A stretch of DNA of 25,392 nt from assembly GCA_036824885.1 (NCBI GenBank), contig DAISZI010000001.1, positions 1 to 25,392 on the forward strand. The letters run 5' to 3'. Origin of the DNA: Oligoflexia bacterium. GTDB lineage: Bacteria > Bdellovibrionota > UBA1018. Below are positions 1 to 8,200 of the stretch, piece after piece. How positions within the stretch are numbered: the first letter of the stretch is position 1; each line of letters starts with the position of its first letter. The notes under the pieces are model-generated. The model was not told where the DNA came from and did not search any database. It was given only the letters and a program-made list of their open reading frames with translations. A program made the translations under genes and the position numbers.

Positions 1-107
1 AATTTACCTAAATCCATTTTTTCAAAAATTTTCAAAAAAATTTTTTGGTAGTCTAAAAGTGAGATGGTCCAAGGTTTAAAAAAGGTGGGGGTAGGGTGAG
101 CGTTCAT
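1..107 (-). CDS. Partial CDS running off the window start; probable cyclopropane-fatty-acyl-phospholipid synthase family methyltransferase (N-terminus only)
   Basis: Not in the ORF track. ATG at 107-105 overlaps the TGA of DUF1365 (ATGA). The frame is open to position 1: MNAHPTPTFFKPWTISLLDYQKIFLKIFEKMDLGK. The family call rests on the usual gene order (DUF1365 then cfa) and a loose resemblance of 'IFLKIFEKMDLGK' to cfa N-termini; only 35 codons are visible. Confidence 0.45.
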   Translation of the reverse strand, partial: MNAHPTPTFFKPWTISLLDYQKIFLKIFEKMDLGK

Positions 108-859
108 GGTAATCCTTCTTTTTGAAACTCCTTTTGATCCTTTTTTTTAAAATAAGGAATTTTTTTTAGTAATAAGCACAAAGCTTGATAGTGGATCTTT
201 ATCATGATATTTAATCCTGTCCAAGGAAAACGCAAAAAACTTAAAAGAAGTTCAAGGTCTTCAAAAGCTTGGCGATTGCCTACTAGGGTCGCTTCAAGCA
301 CGAGATTTTTTTTTGAATTCCAAGACCGTATACAAGCAAACAAATGCTTTTCGGGGGGCTGAAGCTGAAACTCAAAATCTGCTTGGACTTCAATGAAGGG
401 AGAAACATAAAACTGCTTAGGGCATCTTTTTCCTGTGGGAGGAACCCAGTATCCTTTTTGCTCGCGATAAGTATTCGTAACTTCAATAAAAGTTCCTAAA
501 AAAGCCTTTTCAGAAAAAATATAGTAAAAAGCGGCAGGATTAAAAGTGTATCCGAAGGTTCTCATGTGTGCAACGAGTAAGACTTGGGTTGGTTTTTCAG
601 CTCCTTGTTTTTCTGCTAAGTTCATGATGTGTTTTTGCATTTCAGATGCATGTGTGCACATTTTCCCGAAGAGATAATCTTTTGGAATGAATCGAAAAAG
701 TTTCCACCACTGAGTTCCAAAAAAAAAACTTTGTTGAGAAAGGCTTTCAATTTCGCTTAAATCTAAACAAAAACTCGTGTAGCTATAGATGAACCATCGT
801 TTCTGGGGAATCCACCGCGTATGCTTGATCTTACAACGGTAAAGCCATGATTTAGGCAC
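104..859 (-). CDS. DUF1365 family protein (UfaO-like family)
   Basis: Motifs SWLYRCKIKHTR, MRTFGYTFNPAAFYY, EVTNTYREQKGY, KQFYVSPF and IHYQALCLLLKKIPYF are typical of DUF1365. GTG at 859, overlapping the upstream TAA, is preferred over the ORF-track ATG at 877. Confidence 0.85.
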   Translation of the reverse strand: MPKSWLYRCKIKHTRWIPQKRWFIYSYTSFCLDLSEIESLSQQSFFFGTQWWKLFRFIPKDYLFGKMCTHASEMQKHIMNLAEKQGAEKPTQVLLVAHMRTFGYTFNPAAFYYIFSEKAFLGTFIEVTNTYREQKGYWVPPTGKRCPKQFYVSPFIEVQADFEFQLQPPEKHLFACIRSWNSKKNLVLEATLVGNRQAFEDLELLLSFLRFPWTGLNIMIKIHYQALCLLLKKIPYFKKKDQKEFQKEGLP

Positions 860-2096
860 AAAGAACCTGACGCACATGGGTTGCTGCGTCTAATCCCGAT
901 TGTAAAGCATCTTCATGAAAACCGTATTTAAAATAGCTTCCACAGAAAAACAGAGGACCTTTCTCGTTGAGTTTGGGAAGTTCATTTTGTGCATCTGAGC
1001 TCTGAAGTGTCATTAAGGGATGTTCGTAAATGAACTTTTTCACTACCCATTTGGGGTCTATTTCAGGACCATTGATCGAAATGAAGTAATTTTTTTTCTG
1101 AGAAACTTTTTGAAGTCGATTCATCCAGTAAATGGTGGTAGATGATGAGCCATCGGTTTTATAGTTCCAGGAGCTCCAAGTTCTACGATTTTTTGGCATG
1201 ACTCTTTCATCCCTATGTAACCAGACTTCATTTTTTTGATAGTGAAACACACTTAAAAGTTTTTTTTGTAATAAAGTAGGAGCATTCAAAAGCGCTAATG
1301 CTTCATCCGCATGGGTTGCAATGACCACTGCATCAAATTTTTCTTCTGTTCCCCTTTGATCTTTGACATAGACCCAAGGATCTTCGTACCGAACGGATGC
1401 TATTGCTCGAGAAATCTGAATTTTTTTTTCAAAAGACTGTGTCAGAAGATCACGATACACTCTGCTGCCTCCTGTGACGGTTCTCCAGGTAAACTGTCCC
1501 TTGAGGCTTAAAAATCGGTGTTGAGAAAAAAAACGCACTAAACTTAGAGCAGGAAAGTCCAAAATGCTTTTTTCACAAGAGCTCCAGACTGCAGAGGCCA
1601 TAGGAATAAGATAACGCTTTTGAAAATCTTCCGAATAATTTCTTAACCGGCAATACTCTTGTAATGTGAGCTTTTGAAGCAAAGGATCTGAAAGAACTTC
1701 TTCACAATGTGTGTTAAAGCGATGGATGTTGAAAAGTAGTTTCCAGTGGGCTATCTGGTAAAGATTTTTTCTTTGTGCAAATAACCCATTCCATCCGTTT
1801 CCTGAGAATTCTAATTGAGAAGGTGTGTGTTGGACACTGAATGACATGCAGGTAGGCTCGCTGGGCACTTTTAATGTTTGAAAAAGAGCGGTAAGTTGTG
1901 GATACGTGGTTTCATTGTATACCATAAAGCCTGTATCAATCGGAATCAATTTTCCCTCTTCTTCTACCATGACGGTATTGGTATGTCCCCCTACGTAATC
2001 ATTCTTTTCATAAATAGAAAGATCCACATAGGGTGCAAGGGTATAGGCACAACTGAGTCCAGCGATTCCTGTTCCTACAATGGCAACTCGTTTCAT
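852..2096 (-). CDS. FAD/NAD(P)-binding oxidoreductase, flavin amine oxidase family (UfaD-like family)
   Basis: N-terminal Rossmann motif VAIVGTGIAGL, then EKNDYVGGHTNT, IDTGFMVYNETTYP, YLIPMASAVWS, WSSWNY and C-terminal CGSYFKYGFHEDALQSG. Its ATG overlaps the upstream TGA (ATGA, 2096-2093). Confidence 0.9.
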   Translation of the reverse strand: MKRVAIVGTGIAGLSCAYTLAPYVDLSIYEKNDYVGGHTNTVMVEEEGKLIPIDTGFMVYNETTYPQLTALFQTLKVPSEPTCMSFSVQHTPSQLEFSGNGWNGLFAQRKNLYQIAHWKLLFNIHRFNTHCEEVLSDPLLQKLTLQEYCRLRNYSEDFQKRYLIPMASAVWSSCEKSILDFPALSLVRFFSQHRFLSLKGQFTWRTVTGGSRVYRDLLTQSFEKKIQISRAIASVRYEDPWVYVKDQRGTEEKFDAVVIATHADEALALLNAPTLLQKKLLSVFHYQKNEVWLHRDERVMPKNRRTWSSWNYKTDGSSSTTIYWMNRLQKVSQKKNYFISINGPEIDPKWVVKKFIYEHPLMTLQSSDAQNELPKLNEKGPLFFCGSYFKYGFHEDALQSGLDAATHVRQVLCA

Positions 2097-3883
2097 GAGG
2101 CATCTTTCTTAGGTGTAAATAAAAAATGACTCACTTGCCACGTTGGCTTTTTTTTCCAATTCCAAAGTTCAAAACATGCCATAAAAAAGATTCTCCAGCG
2201 ATACCAGTAAAGAGAAGCATTTTCTCCATATACCGATTTTAAAATGGGCATGATCTCTTTTTTGTTTTTTTCCATGTTTTGAAGCCAGTGCTTTGCTGTT
2301 TGAGCATAATGGTAGCCATCGACCACCCAGTTTTCTTGTAGTTGAAAATCTCTTGTGCAATTTTGATAGAGCGTATGACTTGGCATCATCCCTCCGGTAA
2401 AAAAATGCTTAGCAAGCCAATCAGAAGCTTCCTTTGTCTCAAAATAATATGCATACTTTTCATGAGAAAAAACATGCACAAAAAGTTTTCCATCAGGTTT
2501 AATCCAGGTTCGAAGACGCTGAAATAAAAGTTTGATATTTCTCATATGCTCGAACATCTCAACTGAAATAATCCGATCAAATGATTTTTGGGTTTCAAAG
2601 GTATTCATGTCACAGGTTATCACTTCAATATTTGAAATCCCTCTTTTTTTACATGCTTCAAGAATATATTGTTTTTGTGATGAGGAATGAGAGACCGCTA
2701 AAATACTTGCATGAGGGTAATTTCTTGCCATCCAAAGGGTCAAAGATCCCCAGCCGCAGCCTAATTCTAAAATACGCTGACCATCTTGTAGCTCAGCGCG
2801 CTTGCAGGTTAATGCAAGCATCGCTTCTTCTGCTTCTTCTAAAGAAAAGGTGGGCTTTTCAAAATAGCAAGAACTGTACTTAAGACGAGGTCCTAAGGTC
2901 TTTTCAAAAAAAGCTGCAGGGATTTCATAATGCTGATTTTTGGAATCTTCGATGGAAATAGCAAGAGGAGAGTTCTCGAAGCTTGCAATGAAAGTCTGAA
3001 GCTCAAAGGATTGCAATTCGTTCAATCGTTGTTGAAGCAGGATTCTCATATAAAAACGGATGCATCCATCGGGAATACAAAACAAGAAATTTTCTAAAAA
3101 ACTCTTATCTGCCATCGTTTGAAACCAGGGAAAAAAACAAGAAGTTGTTTTTTGATAAGCACGGTAGGCTTCTCCATGGGATTTCAGGGATTGGGCTTCG
3201 CTCGGTAAAACGCCTGTGATCCAGCCTAAAAGAATTCCCATGCCCAAAGGACACAAAAGTGCTGCTTGTGCACCTGTAACGTCTGCTTGACAAGCCCAAA
3301 GTCCGAATCCGCACCAAATAAGCCACTCAAAAAAATAATTAGGATGTCTCGAGTAACGCCATAGTCCCTTTTGACAAATGCCTCTTTGTTGCTTTTTGAA
3401 TTGGGAGAGCTGTTTATCTGCAAGGGCTTCTCCTGCGAGTCCTAAGACCACTAAAGCCATCGCAAAAAACTCAGTGACTCTGAAAGGCTCGGGGTCTTTT
3501 GCTAATACGAAAAAAGGGTAGCATAAAAAAATTTGACTGAGTCCTTGAAGTTGGAAAAATGCAAAGGATTGCAAGATCCAACGAGATTTCCACTCTTGCT
3601 TTAAGTTTTCGTACCTTGCATCTTCTTGAGGAAAGTGTTTCCAAAGTCTGAGTCCCAGGTAGCCTGATAATCGAAAACTCCAGATAAGGATGAGAGCACC
3701 CGCTAAAATGCAACGTGGGAAGATTTGCCCTTCGCTGATAAGCATCCAGCAGGCTCCAGCACTGATTCCCAGTGCCCAAAAAAAATCCACCAAGCTGAAA
3801 AATGATAAAAAAAATGCAGCCCCCCAGAGGAAGGTCATTTCTAAGCTAAAATACTTTGCTAAAGTTCCGAGTATTTGCATCAT
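2093..3883 (-). CDS. Fusion of a DUF1295 (steroid 5-alpha-reductase-like) membrane domain and a class I SAM-dependent methyltransferase (CFA synthase-like)
   Basis: N-half: SLVDFFWALG, EDARYENLK, GEALADKQL, GLWRYSRHPNYFFEWLIW. C-half from Met at 3115: QHYEIPAAFF, LGPRLKYSSCYF, ILELGCGWGS, FDRIISVEMFEHM, FFTGGMMPS, WVVDGYHYAQT, WRIFFMACFELW. Start placed at ATG 3883, which overlaps the upstream TGA; the ORF track starts at 3898. Confidence 0.88.
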   Translation of the reverse strand: MMQILGTLAKYFSLEMTFLWGAAFFLSFFSLVDFFWALGISAGACWMLISEGQIFPRCILAGALILIWSFRLSGYLGLRLWKHFPQEDARYENLKQEWKSRWILQSFAFFQLQGLSQIFLCYPFFVLAKDPEPFRVTEFFAMALVVLGLAGEALADKQLSQFKKQQRGICQKGLWRYSRHPNYFFEWLIWCGFGLWACQADVTGAQAALLCPLGMGILLGWITGVLPSEAQSLKSHGEAYRAYQKTTSCFFPWFQTMADKSFLENFLFCIPDGCIRFYMRILLQQRLNELQSFELQTFIASFENSPLAISIEDSKNQHYEIPAAFFEKTLGPRLKYSSCYFEKPTFSLEEAEEAMLALTCKRAELQDGQRILELGCGWGSLTLWMARNYPHASILAVSHSSSQKQYILEACKKRGISNIEVITCDMNTFETQKSFDRIISVEMFEHMRNIKLLFQRLRTWIKPDGKLFVHVFSHEKYAYYFETKEASDWLAKHFFTGGMMPSHTLYQNCTRDFQLQENWVVDGYHYAQTAKHWLQNMEKNKKEIMPILKSVYGENASLYWYRWRIFFMACFELWNWKKKPTWQVSHFLFTPKKDAS

Positions 3884-4176
3884 TGTTCGAGTGAACACCT
3901 TTGCTGATCAATTACTTTGCGATTGCAGGTCTTAGCGATGGATTTTAGGATACTCTGAGTACCAAGAAGGCTATAAGCGTAAATTCCTTTTGGATCTTTT
4001 GTCTCATGCCTCTCTACAAAAGAAGCTTTTTTTGATTGCATCATGTCTTTTTTCTCAAGAATACCTCCCCGAGCCTTTTCAAGAAATTGCCACTTTTTTG
4101 AACGAAATTCTCTGAGGTTTTTCATGCTTCGAAGGCTTTCTGATGATGGATTGCCGTCTTCTTGGAAGATCTCCAT
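3880..4176 (-). CDS. Small hypothetical protein (98 aa, or 81 aa from ATG 4125)
   Basis: Lies between a good sigma70-like promoter and the operon, and its TGA overlaps the next ATG (ATGA at 3883-3880). No family recognised. Confidence 0.4.
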   Translation of the reverse strand: MEIFQEDGNPSSESLRSMKNLREFRSKKWQFLEKARGGILEKKDMMQSKKASFVERHETKDPKGIYAYSLLGTQSILKSIAKTCNRKVIDQQRCSLEQ

Positions 4177-4214
4177 GCCATCTTGTAGATGGCTCCTGTA
4201 ATCCTCATGTCCGC

Positions 4215-4243
4215 AAGTTACCGTTTTTAAATCTTCGTGTCAA
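4215..4243 (-). promoter_or_regulatory. Sigma70-like promoter for the lipid-modification operon
   Basis: TTGACA (4243-4238), exactly 17 nt of spacer, then TAACTT (4220-4215). An AGGAG follows at 4197-4193. Confidence 0.5.
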
Positions 4244-4443
4244 ATAGCATTCCTTAATCTCGATTCAATGCGATGCCTTATGGACCATGAGTTTAAGGTA
4301 ATTTGGGTTTTGCTCAACGTTACTTTCAATCTGTAAAGATCTTTTCTTACTCGAATGCATCTTCAAGGAGATGATTTTTAAACACATCATTTTTAAAATT
4401 TACTCCATAAGTCTTTCCTGTGAAAAGAGAACTTAAGATAGAT

Positions 4444-4457
4444 GTCAATAAATTGAC
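4444..4457. promoter_or_regulatory. Palindrome GTCAAT-AA-ATTGAC, possible operator
   Basis: Perfect 6-bp inverted repeat with 2-nt spacer, about 200 nt upstream of the operon promoter. It overlaps TTGACA on the minus strand and TTGACT on the plus strand. Confidence 0.25.
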
Positions 4458-4939
4458 TAAAACCGCTGATTCATGGCGTGTCACAGGCTTACACGAAGCG
4501 TTACCGAGGTAAGGACAAAGGGATTCCGATGCAGTTCTGATGTAAAGAGGATGGAGACTGAAATGAAAAAATGTGATGCGACTTTCGGTTGCTGACTCTG
4601 GCTCATGGATGATCAGTTATTGAGATCAAGTGTTGATTCATTGCGGTCCCATTTTCTTTGGAGGCAACTCATACTTCAGATTCAAGTTTTTTCCTGTATT
4701 TTGATAAGATTTTGAAATGATGGTACTTTTTAAAACTAAGCATTTTCTCTAATGTCTTTAACATAAACAGTGACTTTGTTATTGCGATTAACTCAATGAT
4801 ATTGCTTCTAAAAATAGGTACAAGTGAATACCATTGTGCGAAAATCCCATCCCTTGTAAAAATGTGAGATTTACACGAGGCTTCGAATAGGAAGTGGTTT
4901 CTATGTCCGGCGCTAAGATGAAACTTTAGTTCAGAGTCC

Positions 4940-5073
4940 TATGTTTTAGAGGTCGCGAAAGTTGATGATAAAAGACGTGTTAACTTGCCCAGATGAAACT
5001 TGCTAAATACTGCGAAGTAGAAGTCAAGAAAGACGAAGAAATTATCTTGCGCTCTAGGTTCCTCGTGATGTGA
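4940..5073 (+). pseudogene. Possible frameshifted remnant of an AbrB/MazE/MraZ-like DNA-binding protein
   Basis: One frame reads YVLEVAKVDDKRRVNLPR* and a shifted frame continues MKLAKYCEVEVKKDEEIILRSRFLVM*. KVDDKRRVNLP resembles the KVDxKGRxxIP swapped-hairpin motif. No in-frame start. Confidence 0.3.
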
Positions 5074-5234
5074 TCACCAAAAAGACTCTTTTTGTTTTCA
5101 ATGTCTCGATGGTGAATTTGCTAGTAGCTCGAGCTGAGGAACCTATTGATTGAGGTGCCTTTGAAGTTTCAGATGAAAAACCAAAGCTCCGATCAAAAAA
5201 ATAAGTGGGAAGTCGGTTTATTCAAAGGGACCTA

Positions 5235-8200
5235 CTATTGGATCCCTCGTAGAATTTCGTCTAAAACAGAGTCTGTAAAATTATTCTCACGTGTGTATTT
5301 TTTGAACTCTAAGATTTTGGAGCTGAAGAATTTAGCTAGCCTGGTGCGGCGATCCGAGTTTCTTATCCAGGATTTCAATGCAAGTTTTTCCTTTTTATTA
5401 AAAAACGTTCTACCACTGAGAAACTTAACTTGAACAAGAAGGTTCAAGAAGTCTTCACTATTCTGTAGTTCAGTGAAGGCTTTCATCGTTTCTTTCCCGA
5501 AAAAATGCTGCTCTTTGACAGGCCAGGGTTCAGAGTCCTTTTGCTCCAGATAGCCTCCATCGGATGAATTTTCAAAGCTTGCTTGCTCCTCGTACCTGTA
5601 GTTTTGAAGGAAGTTTGCACTTGCACGAATGAATTGGCGCATAGCAATATGATAGATAAGAAGCGATCTTTCTTTCCCCTCAGTATGCCTTTGCTTGGAA
5701 TCCTCGAGCAACCATTCACCTAAATCATAAAGTGCTTCATCTCGTGTGATCATCACCGAGGAATGTATGCTTCTGTCTGAATTTAAGCTGATTAATATAA
5801 AATTGATCGTTCCTTGATACCAACCAAAAGGATCAAATAGTTGAGGACCCTCATCTTTAGACTGAAAAACAGGAAAAAGGTTCAGTGATCCATGAATCCT
5901 TGGGTCAAATAATTGATCGCAATCATTTAGGTTTCCTATCTTTAAAATATCTTGTAAAGAAATCAGCGGATTAAGCTTTGAAATATCGTCAGGGTCTTTT
6001 TTAATAGGTCTTTCTTCGCGAATGATCTGCTCTTCTGTTGTAGGTTGATCCAACAAAGTCCCCTCACATAGCATCTTTTTATCCCAAGGAACTGAAAGTT
6101 TACGATAATTTCCTTTTGGTGGGACTATTTCCATCTTTTGATCCTGCTTAAGCTCTGTTTCTTCCTCTTCTACTTCCTCTGTTTCTTCCTCTGCCTCTTC
6201 CTCCTGTTCTTCCTCTTCTTCTGCCTCAATTTCCATTTCTTGTTCGGGTTCCTCGTATTCAGTTGCAGCAGTGATCACTGTGTTTTGAATCTGCTCTTCT
6301 CGAGACGTGACTGTTTTAATACAGTCATCTATCAATTGCTCAAAGTGGAAAAATGCAGATTGAGGGCCCTCTAAGATCTGTGAAGCTCCATTTTTTAAAA
6401 GCTCCAAAGTATTCTTTTGAACCATTGGAATACCATACCTTTCGTAAGGATGCTGGCCTCGAGGATTGCTGAAAAAGCCCTTCACTTGTTCGAATGCATT
6501 GAAAAAGTTTGCTTGCTCTTCCCGAAATGCCGTAGGACTGACTAAAGTGCTGTAAATGTCTTCTATAACTCGGGCGCGCTGAGCTCCCTTGATCGATCGG
6601 TAGTTCACTTCTGCAGATTTCATTGCCTCGTTGGCTGCCAAATAGAGAAGAATTTTTTTAAAATCAACGATGGAATTCTCTGGATCAATTTTTTCACTTT
6701 GGCCATAAACTTTTATGAGTAAATCGGACATAATCTTCACGTCATCTTCACTAACGACTAAAGTGACAGACTGACCTCGATCAAGCTCTCTGAGTCTCCA
6801 TGCTGACTGAAGTAAGTCTCTCAAAATAGAGGATTTACTTTGTGTGAGTAGAGCAACTGTTTTAGGATGCACTTTTGTATCTGAACCGGTCGTATGACTC
6901 ATGTCCCAGAAGCTACCGGTTTTCATTCGATCGGTCTCACGCATAACATAGGGTCGTATTTTCTGATGCTTTCCCTGCGTTTCCATGATCTGCATATAAT
7001 TTTGAGCATCATAGAAAATCATCTGAGATATTTTAGAATTACTTCCGTTGTTAGCATTTTTCAGAATAGCTTGAACCACTTCCCGGTTATCTCTTCCTTT
7101 CAAAAATCCTCCTTCGTCAATGATCGATTGAGGATTCGGAGCCGACTGAGACTCAGAGCCCTGGATCTTTTTTAGAACATTTTCAAGTTCTTCTCCAGGT
7201 ACAGGAGCCTTTACTACCCGTACGTTTTGAGTCTCCTTCGATTTCCATAACGCGGTCAAAGTATGTACGAGAGAATCTGATGAAATCTTTTGTTGATTTT
7301 CATCAAATTTCGGAAAAGATTCGTAGTTCCACAAAGTTCCAGACATACCTTGAATTTTTTTGAATAAGATTTTGTAAATATAAGCATTGGTGAAAAGCTG
7401 ATTAGGAAAGACTTTAACTTTCGTTGCTGCGTGTTTCTTTGCCAACTGGATGATGCGATGAGGATCTTTACTGATATCGCTAGATACTTTTTTGATAGTT
7501 TCTGGCAGTATGGTGTTGATTTGTGACTCTAAAAAATTAGGAACATAATTTTTAAAATAATTCTTAAAATGTATGACTATATTATTTTTTATCTTCTGAG
7601 TTTTTGCTGTATTGAACTTTCTTTTGAGTTGATTCACTTCAAGTTCAAACATATCGTATACATTTGGACTTTCTAGATGGGATTGAATGGTATAATTCAA
7701 TGCCTCTAAATCTGTCCCGAAACGAGAATTTACCATGGGAACCCCTGCATGGTATGGAATTCCAACCAGAGGATCGCAAATGCCCTCGCTTTCCTTAGGA
7801 CAAAGACCATAATGAACCAGATAAGTTTTCTCCAACGTCAAAGGCAGTATTTGATGAATTTGAGTAAAAACGATACTGATGACGTCTTTGAGTTCATTAG
7901 TGGGTAATTGCTTAATGTAGTTTTGATTCTCTTCTAGCGATTTCGAATCGAAATATTTCCTGAGTCTTTCACGGTCTATTTTATTAAAAAAATCGATTGA
8001 TTCTTTTTCATTAAAAAAATCGTTCGGATTTTCAAGATTGCAAAAATTTTCGATGAGAAGATTTTTTACCTCATTATCGTACGCATTGCGACTATAAGGT
8101 TTGGCGTCAGGATTCTGATTTTTCATAAAAGGAATTTTTATTTGATCATGAATTTTTCCATTTTCAGCAAGAATACGATAAAGACCAGTTGTCGCGTTTA

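Noticed and set aside
719..728. A10 homopolymer in DUF1365 (also 9-nt runs at 306-314, 1089-1097 and 23128-23136) as phase-variation switches
   Set aside because: All frames are intact and long A/T runs are abundant throughout this AT-rich window, so there is no specific signal.
283..3935. Short ORF-track ORFs inside or antisense to the lipid operon (283-486, 1311-1511, 1878-2129, 2169-2360, 2342-2527, 2581-2883, 3105-3326, 3226-3423, 3471-3779, 3690-3935)
   Set aside because: They overlap well-supported genes in other frames or strands and show no motifs; these are shadow ORFs.
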